This document shows, in pieces, positions 1 to 9,514 of a stretch of 52,725 nt of DNA. The notes beneath the pieces were generated by a model. The model made no database searches. It saw nothing but the letters and a program-made list of their open reading frames with translations, and was not told the origin of the DNA. The stretch spans positions 1 through 52,725 of the forward strand of contig CAZOWX010000010.1 in NCBI GenBank assembly GCA_964583795.1. The letters are read 5' to 3'. Numbering within the stretch: position 1 is the first letter of the stretch; each line of letters starts with the position of its first letter. The position numbers and the translations under genes were made by a program. This stretch comes from an uncultured Pseudomonadales bacterium. Its GTDB lineage: Bacteria; Patescibacteriota; Microgenomatia; UBA1400; PJMF01.

Positions 1-11
1 CGCCCATTGTT

Positions 12-47
12 CAAGCTAAAATCGACTTCTTTATCTTCAAAAGAAGT
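12..47 (-). terminator. hairpin plus short T-run just downstream of tRNA-Glu
   Basis: Perfect 8-bp stem ACTTCTTT/AAAGAAGT (25-32 / 40-47) with a 7-nt loop. It lies 2 nt past the tRNA 3' end and is followed on the minus strand by CGATTTT. Confidence 0.4.
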
Positions 48-49
48 GT

Positions 50-124
50 TGGTGACCCCACGCGGAATCGAACCGCGCTTCTCAGGATGAAAACCTGATG
101 TCCTAGCCGATAGACGATGGGGCC
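50..124 (-). tRNA. tRNA-Glu (anticodon UUC), CCA encoded
   Basis: The reverse complement GGCCCCATCGTCTATCGGCTAGGACATCAGGTTTTCATCCTGAGAAGCGCGGTTCGATTCCGCGTGGGGTCACCA folds as a cloverleaf. Acceptor is GGCCCCA/TGGGGTC, anticodon stem TCAGG/CCTGA, anticodon loop TTTTCAT, T-loop TTCGATT. Confidence 0.9.
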
Positions 125-248
125 TTCGTTCATTTCTAAGTTGTTAATTTCTAAATCCAAAAAAACTTATGCGTCATCTGGACCTGAGATTGAAATTATA
201 CCTATAGAATATAAAGACTTCAAGGCTAGGAACACACCTGTCAAGATT

Positions 249-617
249 TTACTCAAATGTGACATTCTCAAAATGCTCAATTGAGTTGGGTAAGATGGTG
301 ACGATGTCACAGCGAAAATCAAGATTGATGTTATTTTGCTCAAGGTATTGTATGCCGGTTTGAATAATTCGGTTGATTTTTGCCTCATCGACCGCTTCTG
401 ATGGATGGATGACATCGCTATGTGTCCGTGTTTTTACCTCAACAAATACGATCTCGAGCCCCTCTTGAGCAATAATATCAATCTCTCCGAACTTCGAATG
501 AAAGTTTACAGTATGAATGCGATAACCTCTACTTTGAAGAAACTTCGTTGCCTTTTGCTCACCCGCTTTTCCAAGAAGCTGCTTAGGCGTTTGCAGGGGA
601 TGTGGATTTAACGTCAT
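249..617 (-). CDS. yraN: YraN-family (UPF0102) endonuclease
   Basis: 122 aa. The block GEQKATKFLQSRGYRI...FGEIDIIAQEG..IVFVEVKTR is typical of the family. Confidence 0.85.
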   Translation of the reverse strand: MTLNPHPLQTPKQLLGKAGEQKATKFLQSRGYRIHTVNFHSKFGEIDIIAQEGLEIVFVEVKTRTHSDVIHPSEAVDEAKINRIIQTGIQYLEQNNINLDFRCDIVTILPNSIEHFENVTFE

Positions 618-1053
618 TGACCACCTTCTTCTCTTTCAGGCGGACAGCATTTTTCCCTATTCGACCACGCAAATAGTACAATTTACTGCGCCTGACGATG
701 GCTTTTCGAGTGACCACAATTTTCTCAATGGTTGGCAACTCAACTGGGAAGATTTTCTCGACACCAATGCTTCCGCTGGCGATCTTGCGAACAACAATTG
801 ATTTGTTCTCTTCACGGTTTTGGACAGCAATAAGCACACCCTCAAACACCTGAATACGGGTTTTACTCCCCTCAGTAATGTTTTGGTGCACCGCTATGGT
901 ATCTCCAACTTGAAGTTTTTGGTCGCGAAAGGTTAAAGAATTTGCCATAATATCCAATGAAACTGTAGACAAGACAGGTATTGTACCAAGTACACGCAGT
1001 ATCTGCAAGGGGGCCTTGTTCTTGGCCAATCTCTTGATATAATAACACTTCAT
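583..1053 (-). CDS. rplS: 50S ribosomal protein L19
   Basis: Contains VGDTIAVH..EGSKTRIQVFEGVLIAVQNR...VRKIASGSIGVEKIFP....I.V.R.A.VRRSKLYYLRGR. The true start may be internal (the ATG at 948 gives 121 aa) because the first 35 aa do not look like L19. Confidence 0.93.
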   Translation of the reverse strand: MKCYYIKRLAKNKAPLQILRVLGTIPVLSTVSLDIMANSLTFRDQKLQVGDTIAVHQNITEGSKTRIQVFEGVLIAVQNREENKSIVVRKIASGSIGVEKIFPVELPTIEKIVVTRKAIVRRSKLYYLRGRIGKNAVRLKEKKVVNDVKSTSPANA

Positions 1054-1096
1054 TAGAGAGAAGCCTTCGTATCAAGCGAAGCTATGAAAGAACCAT

Positions 1097-1420
1097 ATGA
1101 AAGCGAATACCCACCCAAATTGGAGTCATACCGTTACTGTTAGTTGCGCTTGTGGAGCTACTTTCCAGACAGGGTCAACGAGTGATGCGATTCAAGTTGA
1201 TATTTGCAGTAAGTGTCACCCTTTCTTTACTGGTGAAATGAAGTTTGTTGATACTCAAGGACGCGTTGAGAAGTTTAAACTTCGCCAACAGACGGCTTCT
1301 GTGGTCAATGCCTCCAAAAAAGCCAAGAAAAAAGAGAAGCAAGACAAGCAACAGCAACCAGTCCTTTCTCTCAAGGACATGCTTCAAAGCGAAAAAGAGA
1401 CACTTTCTCAAGCTGCATAG
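1097..1420 (+). CDS. rpmE: 50S ribosomal protein L31 with a Lys-rich C-terminal extension
   Basis: MKANTHPNW...CACG..F...S....[26 protein letters not shown]. Confidence 0.93.
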   Translation: MKANTHPNWSHTVTVSCACGATFQTGSTSDAIQVDICSKCHPFFTGEMKFVDTQGRVEKFKLRQQTASVVNASKKAKKKEKQDKQQQPVLSLKDMLQSEKETLSQAA

Positions 1421-1498
1421 CTCGACAGCCAGTTACTCTCGATACAAGTCAATGACCGAAAGTATTTTTGTGATAGACTTGTTGGAGAAGTTGCGCGC

Positions 1499-2449
1499 AT
1501 GAATAATTTTACCGACCCCTATCAAGCACAAATTCAACTGATTGATCAGCAAATTGCTGACAATGAGCAGTTCTTGAGTGATCCAGAGATGCATGACTTG
1601 GCTCAGCAAGAAATTGAAGTTCTCAAAGAGCAGAGATTGTCGCTTGAAAAAGCCAAACTCGATATGGAAAGTGGTGGTGAATCAGAAGACACCGGTGAGC
1701 GACCAAAACGTTGCATTATCGAAATTCGCGGTGGTACTGGTGGAGATGAGGCCAAAATTTGGGCGAATGACTTGATGCGCATGTACATGCGTTTTATCGA
1801 GACCACTCGATTTAAAATCGAACTCTTGGATGAGTTGGTGTTTCGAGTACGAGGGAGTACTGTGCTTGATGGGCAGGAATTGTTTGCTTTTGAGTATTTT
1901 CAGTCAGAATCTGGTGTGCATCGGGTACAGCGAATTCCTTCGACTGAAGCTCAAGGCCGGATTCACACCTCAACCGCATCGGTCGCAGTACTTCCGGAAG
2001 TAAGTGAAAAAGCTATCGAGATCAAACCACAGGATCTTTCATGGAGCTTTAGTCGAGCCGGTGGTGCTGGTGGTCAAAACGTCAATAAGGTCAATACCGC
2101 CGTTGAGTTGACGCACATTCCAACCGGTATTCGCGTCGATTCACGCCGAGAGCGCTATCAGGAGCGCAATCGCGAGATTGCTCTTGAATTGCTTCGAGCG
2201 CGATTGTGGGAAGCTGAAGAGGAAAAACGACTCGCGGCTATCGGTGATGCCCGGTCAGCCATTGGTCGCAGTATGCGAAGCGAAAAGATTAAAACCTACA
2301 ACTATCCACAAAATCGAGTTACTGACCATCGTCTCGGCAAATCCTGGCACAACTTAAGCGAAGTGATTGAAGGTGATTTGGGTGACGTACTTGATTTTAC
2401 TTACCGTGAGTTTCACAAGCCGACTGAAGAAGTTGCTAGCCAAGAATAA
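1499..2449 (+). CDS. prfA: peptide chain release factor 1 (short, 316 aa)
   Basis: GGQ motif ([18 protein letters not shown]) and an RF1-type PxT tripeptide ([14 protein letters not shown]). Confidence 0.9.
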   Translation: MNNFTDPYQAQIQLIDQQIADNEQFLSDPEMHDLAQQEIEVLKEQRLSLEKAKLDMESGGESEDTGERPKRCIIEIRGGTGGDEAKIWANDLMRMYMRFIETTRFKIELLDELVFRVRGSTVLDGQELFAFEYFQSESGVHRVQRIPSTEAQGRIHTSTASVAVLPEVSEKAIEIKPQDLSWSFSRAGGAGGQNVNKVNTAVELTHIPTGIRVDSRRERYQERNREIALELLRARLWEAEEEKRLAAIGDARSAIGRSMRSEKIKTYNYPQNRVTDHRLGKSWHNLSEVIEGDLGDVLDFTYREFHKPTEEVASQE

Positions 2450-2468
2450 CTCAATTTTCTCGCTGAGT

Positions 2469-3683
2469 TTATTCTTGTCTTTCTTTGAGTGTTACCTTGG
2501 TGGCCTTCTTTTCTCCATCGCGATAATACTCGAGCTCAATACTATCCCCGACCTTTTTGTTATTAATGAGCTTTGCCAGGTCAGTATCATCTTTCAGCTC
2601 TGTTCCATCAAACTTGGTAATGATGTCATCTGCTGTAATGCCGGCTTCACTTGCTGAAGTGCCTGGCACTACATCGACAACATACGCACCTTGTGGCAGG
2701 TTGTTCATCAGGGCGGTTTTCTTGGAAATCATCTGATACTGAACGCCGAAAAATGGACGCTCGAACTTCCCAGTGCGGTTGAAGTTGTCTAAGCTTTCTT
2801 TGATAATATTAATTGGAATGGCAAAACCAATGTTTTGCGCATTTCCGGCTACTGCTGAGTTGACGCCAATCACTTTCCCTTCTGAATTAAGCAGAGGGCC
2901 ACCAGAATTTCCCGGGTTAATTGCAGCATCAGTTTGAATTACGTTATCAAGTCGCTCCGAGCTAAAGCCACTTCCATCACTCGCGGTAATGCCTCTACCC
3001 AAACCTGATATGACTCCAGTAGTCACCGTGTGGCGAAACTCACCCAAGGCAGTTCCAATGGCAATCACTGATTGTCCGACTTTTAGCTGATCAGAATCGC
3101 CCAACTCAACAGCTGGCAGCTCGCCTTCAATCAATATAATGCCAATATCATTTGCTGGATCACGATACATTTTTTTGACGATAAATTGATTACCGTCTTT
3201 GTCTTCGACAAAGTACTCTGCTTGTGTATCAGAAATAACGTGTTTGTTCGTAATAATCAGACCAGCTTTTGAATCGACGACAAAACCGGTACCAATATCT
3301 TGAGGTTCGTTATCATTTTGATTGAGTCCTTGGTTCGGAGTGTCAAACGGTGAAAAGCCAAAGAAACCAAATGGAGACAAACGAGAGAACGGTTGATTTT
3401 TGCGCTTGATTGAAATAGTGACGACAGATTTCGAAGCTGTTTCTGAAATACTGACAATACTATTCTCTTGATTGTTGAGACGTGGTGTCTCTGGGGTTGA
3501 AGACTGCTGCTTTGAAGTGAAAGTTCGCTGAATCAAACCATCAAGTGGTTTAATCACAAATAATCGATCCGCAACTGCTCCTCCAAGAGCTGACGCGATG
3601 ACTAAAACGCTAACTGATAAACCCAATAGAAAGGGTTTTATTGGTGAGTGTGTGTGTTTGGGAAGTGATGATTGATCTTGCAT
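2469..3683 (-). CDS. htrA: HtrA/DegP-family serine protease with C-terminal PDZ domain and N-terminal TM anchor
   Basis: GTGFVVD..GLIITNKHVI, D.GIILIE and GNSGGPLLNSEGKVIGVNSAV form the catalytic triad context. A PDZ-like C-terminus follows. Confidence 0.9.
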   Translation of the reverse strand: MQDQSSLPKHTHSPIKPFLLGLSVSVLVIASALGGAVADRLFVIKPLDGLIQRTFTSKQQSSTPETPRLNNQENSIVSISETASKSVVTISIKRKNQPFSRLSPFGFFGFSPFDTPNQGLNQNDNEPQDIGTGFVVDSKAGLIITNKHVISDTQAEYFVEDKDGNQFIVKKMYRDPANDIGIILIEGELPAVELGDSDQLKVGQSVIAIGTALGEFRHTVTTGVISGLGRGITASDGSGFSSERLDNVIQTDAAINPGNSGGPLLNSEGKVIGVNSAVAGNAQNIGFAIPINIIKESLDNFNRTGKFERPFFGVQYQMISKKTALMNNLPQGAYVVDVVPGTSASEAGITADDIITKFDGTELKDDTDLAKLINNKKVGDSIELEYYRDGEKKATKVTLKERQE

Positions 3684-3788
3684 ACTTCAGTTATAACAAA
3701 AAAATAGTGTGAAGTGACAGCTAAGACTAAACCCAGTTTCTGAATTTTTCCTGAAAACACTCATGCCAAGAAGTGAAGAGTATGTGAA

Positions 3789-5018
3789 TTACAATGCTTC
3801 AACAGCTTTGTCGATCACTTCGTCATTTTGAGTGTTGGGATCATCAGCCACTTCGACGGTTGGAGCAATTCCTTTTCCGTGAATCCAGTCGCCATTTGGG
3901 AGCAACCAGCGACCAACAGTGACGTGAAGGCCTGCTCCACCAGAAAGTTCCATCGCATCTTGCACTGTTCCTTTTCCAAAACTATTTTCACCAAATAACT
4001 TTGCATTGCGACGATCACGCAGTGCTCCTGAAACAATTTCTGAGGCACTTGCACTCCCTTTGTTAATCAGTACTTCAATTGGAGTCTCTGTGAGTTTTCC
4101 TCGACGATTAACGGTGTATTTCTGTGTTTCTTCTCGACCTTCTTGAGAGACAACCAACCCATCCGAAATAAACTCACTCGCAATGTTCACTGCACCATCA
4201 AGATATCCGCCTGGGTTGTTTCTTAAATCTAAAATGACACCTGCTAAACCTTTTTGTTGAACAATTTCGTCGACGATCTTATTCCATTCCTGATCGGTTT
4301 GACCACCAAATCGAGAGAGGTGAATGACTGCTGCTTTTTTTCCGTTTTTTTCTGCATAAGTTACCTCAACTGAAGGAACAACGATCTCTCCACGACTGAT
4401 AGTAACTTCAAAGGTGTGATCAACTTTTTCTCTTGCCAGTGTTAGGGTAATAGGGACACCTTTTTTGCCACGAATTTTATCCACAGCATCTTCCAGGGAC
4501 ATTCCATTGGTATCAACATCAAGATCTTTGGTCTCGTCTTTTAAATGTAAAATGAGATCGCCGGCTTTGACGTCAGCACTTGCTGCAGGGGTACCTTTGA
4601 GTGGAGCTACGACAGCAAGGGTGTTGTCTTTGTAGCCGAGTTGAATTCCGATCCCATAAAATGAGCCAGCTAAATCCTCACTCGTACGCTTTTGTTCAGT
4701 AGGCGGTAAGTACATCGTGTACGGATCTCCAAGCGAGTTGGTCATTCCCTGAATTGCCCCGTACACTTGCTTTTTTGAATCGAGCTTTTGAGGATCAAGG
4801 TAGCTTTTATTTAAAATCCCCCAAACTTCCCAGAACTGAGAAAAATCGATGTTTTGATACTCTTTGGGTTGATCAGTGTGTGAAATCAGCGCACTGGGGT
4901 TGAAACCACTTGTAGTAAATACATTTTTCTTTCCAGCTTGAAAGCCAATGACTCCTCCAATTGCGATCAAAAGTATGGCGGTAATGACTTGTTTGATGAA
5001 GGTTTGTTGTGGCTGCAT
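3789..5018 (-). CDS. ctpA: S41 carboxy-terminal processing peptidase
   Basis: FYGIGIQL, PLKGTPAASADVKAGDLIL (PDZ), DLRNNPGGYL, INKGSASASEIVSGALRD. Confidence 0.9.
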   Translation of the reverse strand: MQPQQTFIKQVITAILLIAIGGVIGFQAGKKNVFTTSGFNPSALISHTDQPKEYQNIDFSQFWEVWGILNKSYLDPQKLDSKKQVYGAIQGMTNSLGDPYTMYLPPTEQKRTSEDLAGSFYGIGIQLGYKDNTLAVVAPLKGTPAASADVKAGDLILHLKDETKDLDVDTNGMSLEDAVDKIRGKKGVPITLTLAREKVDHTFEVTISRGEIVVPSVEVTYAEKNGKKAAVIHLSRFGGQTDQEWNKIVDEIVQQKGLAGVILDLRNNPGGYLDGAVNIASEFISDGLVVSQEGREETQKYTVNRRGKLTETPIEVLINKGSASASEIVSGALRDRRNAKLFGENSFGKGTVQDAMELSGGAGLHVTVGRWLLPNGDWIHGKGIAPTVEVADDPNTQNDEVIDKAVEAL

Positions 5019-5086
5019 AAGCGTTCAATCATAGCACGCAAAAGTTGGTAACGTCTACATGACTTTGCGAACAGAAAATTGAAAAA

Positions 5087-5953
5087 ATGTCACTGGGCAT
5101 TGTCCAAAAAGGAATTTCTTGGTATCCTTGGCTGATGACAAACCAAGACCCCTCTTCCCAACCAACAATAGCATCATTATCAGCAAAGTATCAGGTCAAT
5201 AAAGACAAGCCTTTTTTCCCACTGAACTCTTTGCGACTAGTGTATCTGATTTTTGCAGAAACTGTTGCAGTAGCAAATGACCAAGTGCGCTCTCGCAGAG
5301 GTCAAGATATCATCGCTTTGATTCCCAAAGTCCAAGCGTTGCTTGACGCTCGCACATCACATCGAGCGGAGACTCCTGAGGCGACCCTCGAAACTGAGTG
5401 GCAGGCTGTACAACCGGCTTTGCATGACATTTTGGCGATTATTGATTCTCCAAAAGTGAGAGCGATGTTCGATCATGTGTTCTCCTATATTTTCCCATTG
5501 CAAGATACTCTTTTAATTTCTCTCTACAATGATTTATCAAAGGGAAAACAGTTCGCGATTCAGGATATCTATAGTATCTTTCACATTCGCTCAATGGATA
5601 GCATTATTTACTCTGGACTCGTCAATGCTGTTCTTGAGCGAGATGTCCCAGCAGAGATGATCCCAGCAGATTTGCAATTATCCCTCAATTATAAACTCAG
5701 TGCTCTGTATCAACTCAACGATTTGGTGGATGCGATTGTGTACGCCAAAGAAGATCTTGAGCACAAGAACTTCTCACCATTTGAATTGATTCGCAAGGCT
5801 AGTGCAAATGTTGATGAGGCCAAAGAAATGATTAAGGGAATTGCCACCACATTCGAGCGTCGAATTCACGCATTCCCTCTGGGTGAACAGCCAGAAACGT
5901 TGTTGACTCAGTTTACTCATGAGTTGGTGAATGTGATTAGCCGAGGTCAATAG
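5087..5953 (+). CDS. hypothetical protein (helical, no family recognised)
   Basis: 288-aa ORF with an ATG start and no competing ORF. Transcribed divergently from ctpA. Confidence 0.6.
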   Translation: MSLGIVQKGISWYPWLMTNQDPSSQPTIASLSAKYQVNKDKPFFPLNSLRLVYLIFAETVAVANDQVRSRRGQDIIALIPKVQALLDARTSHRAETPEATLETEWQAVQPALHDILAIIDSPKVRAMFDHVFSYIFPLQDTLLISLYNDLSKGKQFAIQDIYSIFHIRSMDSIIYSGLVNAVLERDVPAEMIPADLQLSLNYKLSALYQLNDLVDAIVYAKEDLEHKNFSPFELIRKASANVDEAKEMIKGIATTFERRIHAFPLGEQPETLLTQFTHELVNVISRGQ

Positions 5954-6002
5954 GTGGTGGTGATCAGTTGTCAGTTGTGAGTTATTGGTTGCTAGGTTGA
6001 GA
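5954..6002. repeat. 7-nt-phased degenerate tract (7 units)
   Basis: gtggtgg tgatcag ttgtcag ttgtgag ttattgg ttgctag gttgaga, starting directly after the stop codon of the 5087-5953 ORF. Confidence 0.8.
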
Positions 6003-6168
6003 GAAAAATTGGGATTTCCCTTTTTGAGTTGTTGTTTGGTCTGCCTGTTGATGAGACCGGTTATTGGGCTGTTGGACAATTAAACACTTCATAGCTGAAT
6101 TATCATTCGCATTGTAGCTTACAAAGTTACAAGGTGATCTTTGTCACTCATCATTTTATGGAAATTAT

Positions 6169-6203
6169 GGAAATGGATCCCGGCCTTCGCCGGGATGACG
6201 ATC
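6169..6203 (+). repeat. GC-rich palindromic hairpin repeat (GGATCCCGGC..GCCGGGATGACG type)
   Basis: ggaaatggatcccggccttcgccgggatgacgatc. Near-identical copies lie at 16006-16034 (inverted) and 16137-16165. Confidence 0.85.
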
Positions 6204-6269
6204 TCGGTGCTGAACAAGTGCGGTTTATTCTTCGAAAAACATTACCAGTAAGGCACAACACCAACAAAA

Positions 6270-7475
6270 TTAGTTTTCTTGAACTATCCATTTACGTAAC
6301 TCTTCACTGAGGCGAACCATGAATCGGACGTTGTGGATAGATGAGAGCCGAAAGTACGTGAGCTCGTCGGTTTTAAATAAGTGTCGCAAATAACTTCTTG
6401 AATAACCTTGCTGACACGTAAAGCAATTACAACCCTCTTGAATGACACCTTGATCGAAAGTAAAGCGTTGATTTCCGATTTGCAGGCGACCTTTGGGAAA
6501 CTCTGAAATGAACTGAGGCAGATTATCTTTGATTTCAAGTTGTCCACTGTATAGTGTCCCGTTGCGTGCCAGTCGCGTCGGAGCAACACAGTCAAACATG
6601 TCATATCCAGCCAAAACAGCATCGATTAAATTTTGTGGATCACGACCCAGGCCCATGGCGTAGCGCGGTTTATCTTCGGGCAAGATATCGCGAACCCAAT
6701 CCATCAGTTCAACCGTGCCTGCCATGTTGTACCCAACGGTTTCTCCGCCAAAAGCAATGCCATCGAACTCTAAACTTTTGATAACTTCGAGTGACTCACG
6801 CCGAAGCTCAGGGTGCATGGCCCCTTGAACAATGCCAAATAATGCCTGATACGAGCCATACGCACTTTGACGGTTTTGCTGCTCCCAATACGTTTTGCAT
6901 TGTTTGGCCCAACGATGCGTTCGGTCAAGTGCCTCTCTTGCGTACTTTTCATCGGCTTTGTCGGGAGTACATTCGTCAAATGCCATGATGATATCAGCTC
7001 CAATTTGGCGCTGAATTTCAATGGCTTTTTCCGGAGAGAAAAAGTGTTTTGAGCCGTCTCGGTGTGAAGTGAACTCGACACCTTCGTTAGTAATTTTGTT
7101 GTGATTAAATTGTTTGGCAGCTGGTTGTTTGTGTTGTAATTTGACTCGTTGGTTGTCGACTATTTCGCCCAAACTAAACACTTGAAATCCCCCCGAATCG
7201 GTCAGCATGGGTTTATCCCAGCCCATGAATTGGTGTACTCCACCGGCTTTTTGGATGACTTCCATTCCAGGTGTTAAATACAGATGATAGGTGTTGGCTA
7301 AGATGATTTGAGCTTTCAATTCTTCAATATCTTGAGTGTCTAGTGATTTAATAGTGGCCAGCGTGCCAACCGGCATGAAAATAGGAGTTTGCACGACGCC
7401 GTGTTCGGTCGTAAAACGACCGGCTCTGGCATGGTGTTTGGTTTTTTCAAGTTTGAAGGTAAAGGGAGTCATCAC
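6270..7475 (-). CDS. tgt: tRNA-guanine (queuine) transglycosylase
   Basis: TPIFMPVGT, LTDSGGFQVFSL, DCVAPTR and CNCFTC..YSRSYLRHL (zinc site). Carries a ~20-aa insertion relative to E. coli Tgt as I recall it. Confidence 0.95.
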   Translation of the reverse strand: MMTPFTFKLEKTKHHARAGRFTTEHGVVQTPIFMPVGTLATIKSLDTQDIEELKAQIILANTYHLYLTPGMEVIQKAGGVHQFMGWDKPMLTDSGGFQVFSLGEIVDNQRVKLQHKQPAAKQFNHNKITNEGVEFTSHRDGSKHFFSPEKAIEIQRQIGADIIMAFDECTPDKADEKYAREALDRTHRWAKQCKTYWEQQNRQSAYGSYQALFGIVQGAMHPELRRESLEVIKSLEFDGIAFGGETVGYNMAGTVELMDWVRDILPEDKPRYAMGLGRDPQNLIDAVLAGYDMFDCVAPTRLARNGTLYSGQLEIKDNLPQFISEFPKGRLQIGNQRFTFDQGVIQEGCNCFTCQQGYSRSYLRHLFKTDELTYFRLSSIHNVRFMVRLSEELRKWIVQEN

Positions 7476-7494
7476 GCTATTTTACCAGATAAGA

Positions 7495-7500
7495 TATAAT
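7495..7500 (+). promoter_or_regulatory. candidate -10 box (TATAAT) for a leaderless queA transcript
   Basis: A perfect TATAAT lies 9 nt upstream of the queA ATG in a 34-bp divergent spacer. There is no Shine-Dalgarno and no convincing -35. Confidence 0.3.
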
Positions 7501-7509
7501 ACTACTCTC

Positions 7510-8583
7510 ATGAAATTAACAGCGTTTGATTATCACCTCCCTGAAGAACAGATTGCACAGCGACCAGTCAGTCCGCGAGATCACTCAAAACTACTGGTGC
7601 TGGACCGTTTAACAGGTGAAATACAGCAACGGCATTTCTTCGACTTGCCCAAACTACTTCGTTCTAACGATGTGTTAGTACGTAATAACACCAAAGTATT
7701 ACCGGCACGGTTGTATGGGAAGAAGGAAAGTGGCGGGTTTGTGGAGTTACTGTTAGTGAAAGCGATTCAGTCCAGTCAAGCGAGTGAAGTTTGGGAGGTA
7801 TTGTCAAAACCAAGTTTGAAAGTTGGACAGCGAATCGTTTTTGAACACGGGAACTTAACCGCTGAGTGTATTGCAGTCACGGGATACACTCGTCAGATGC
7901 GGTTTTCACAAAGTCGAATTGAGCTGATGAGTAGTATCGAAGCAATTGGGAAAATGCCGATTCCTCCCTACATTCATTGGGAAGGTGAGGAGGAAAAAGT
8001 CAGAGAGGTGTATCAAACGACCTTTGCCAAAATCGTTGGCTCGGTTGCAGCGCCGACTGCAGGACTACATTTTACCAAAGAACTGGATGAGAAATTACGA
8101 GCGAAAGGAATAGCAATAGAAGAGATTACGCTGCATGTTGGATTAGGGACGTTTTTACCGGTAAAGATTGATGACGTGACGAAGCATGAGATGCATAGCG
8201 AGTGGTATGAAGTATCTGCAGAAGTTGCTAACAGACTCAACCAGTACAAAAAAGACGGCAGAAGAATCATCAGTGTTGGGACCACTACAACTCGAACACT
8301 TGAAACCTTAGTTGATCAGAACGGGACTTTACAATCGGGTATTGGTGAAACAGATATTTTTATCTATCCGCCATACCAGTTTCGATTCATCGATGCACTG
8401 ATCACTAACTTTCACTTGCCAAAATCAACTCTGCTGATGTTAGTCAGTGCTTTTGTTTCACAACCTAATACTCAACATCAATTCACCGAGTTTCAAAACA
8501 CTTTGATAGGCAAAGCATATCAAGAAGCCATCAAACAAAAATATCGATTTTTTAGCTTTGGGGATGCGATGTTGATTTGTTAA
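7510..8583 (+). CDS. queA: S-adenosylmethionine:tRNA ribosyltransferase-isomerase
   Basis: MKLTAFDYHLPEE.IAQ.P...RD.SKLLVL, VAAPTAGLHFT, GTTT.RTLE, FHLPKSTLLML. The start was moved to the ATG at 7510, because the upstream part of the ORF overlaps tgt. Confidence 0.95.
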   Translation: MKLTAFDYHLPEEQIAQRPVSPRDHSKLLVLDRLTGEIQQRHFFDLPKLLRSNDVLVRNNTKVLPARLYGKKESGGFVELLLVKAIQSSQASEVWEVLSKPSLKVGQRIVFEHGNLTAECIAVTGYTRQMRFSQSRIELMSSIEAIGKMPIPPYIHWEGEEEKVREVYQTTFAKIVGSVAAPTAGLHFTKELDEKLRAKGIAIEEITLHVGLGTFLPVKIDDVTKHEMHSEWYEVSAEVANRLNQYKKDGRRIISVGTTTTRTLETLVDQNGTLQSGIGETDIFIYPPYQFRFIDALITNFHLPKSTLLMLVSAFVSQPNTQHQFTEFQNTLIGKAYQEAIKQKYRFFSFGDAMLIC

Positions 8584-8981
8584 AGTGGCAAACGAGTTGA
8601 TAATATTTTTGCTCTTGCTTGTTGCAACGCCTCATGAAAAGCATTATATGGGATGATAACCGCATCTTTTGTTCCAGATGGGTTCATATGTTGCTCAACC
8701 AGTTCCTTTGATCGAATTCCTTTCAAAGTGATACAACGTTCTATTACATGGTGTTCTGTATCATCTTCCTGAATAGGGCAGCCCTCTTTTTTAATTTGTG
8801 AAAACACGATGGCAACGAGTTGGGGGATCGTTTCATGGACTTGCTTAAAAATTGACCGCAAAATTCCTTCAGAAAGAGGTTCGGGGGAAAGTTCACTAAG
8901 AGAAAAACCTTTTTCAAGGATTGCTTCTAGTGTTTGGATTGCTCTAATTTGACGATGCCTTTGATCATCTACATTGGTCAT
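8580..8981 (-). CDS. hypothetical protein
   Basis: 133-aa ORF, convergent with queA and overlapping it by 4 nt. No family recognised. Confidence 0.5.
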   Translation of the reverse strand: MTNVDDQRHRQIRAIQTLEAILEKGFSLSELSPEPLSEGILRSIFKQVHETIPQLVAIVFSQIKKEGCPIQEDDTEHHVIERCITLKGIRSKELVEQHMNPSGTKDAVIIPYNAFHEALQQARAKILSTRLPL

Positions 8982-9079
8982 TGACCAATAGCATAACTCT
9001 CAAATTGATTGATTGCTACTGGTTTTTACTCATTTGTTGAGAACTACTACATTCTCTTAAAGCCGATTCTCGCTGTGCT

Positions 9080-9514
9080 TTAATAAAACCCCATGTTTAT
9101 GGGAAATGTGAAATTGAGTAAAGAATAGCCAATAAAGACGCACCAATTCATGGCATAAAAGATTGGAACAAGAAAGATGATAAGCCAAAAATGTGACAAA
9201 AGATGTAGAAAATGCCTGGATTTTGGTGGAGCTGAACGAAAATAGTACCCTACCACTGCTAGAATTCCGAGAACGTATGCAATGTTGCCAAGTAGAAGCA
9301 AACGGTTTCCGACTTTAAACTCAGTGAGTGAGAAAAGTATTTGCGTATCGAACGTGTTTCTGGGAAGGGTGCAGGGAAATGTTCGAGAGAGTACTACTGA
9401 TTTATTCCCGATGGCGAGTGCGTACAAAAATAAGGTTGGTATGAGGTAAATGAATTGAGCTGTGAACAACCGTAGAAATATGGAGTTAATTTTCAGATGA
9501 GAGCGAAATATCAT
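9080..9514 (-). CDS. hypothetical integral membrane protein
   Basis: 144 aa with about 4 hydrophobic spans. Its start forms an ATGA overlap with the tsf stop. Confidence 0.55.
   Translation of the reverse strand: MIFRSHLKINSIFLRLFTAQFIYLIPTLFLYALAIGNKSVVLSRTFPCTLPRNTFDTQILFSLTEFKVGNRLLLLGNIAYVLGILAVVGYYFRSAPPKSRHFLHLLSHFWLIIFLVPIFYAMNWCVFIGYSLLNFTFPINMGFY

Noticed and set aside
9511-9514. Alternative genetic code with TGA recoding, as in some CPR-neighbouring lineages
   Set aside because: TGA terminates tsf, the ABC ATPase (28382-28384), nfo, dinB and the four-helix-bundle gene at 24206-24208. All of these are at sensible protein ends, several at ATGA overlaps. Homologous proteins show no internal in-frame TGA.
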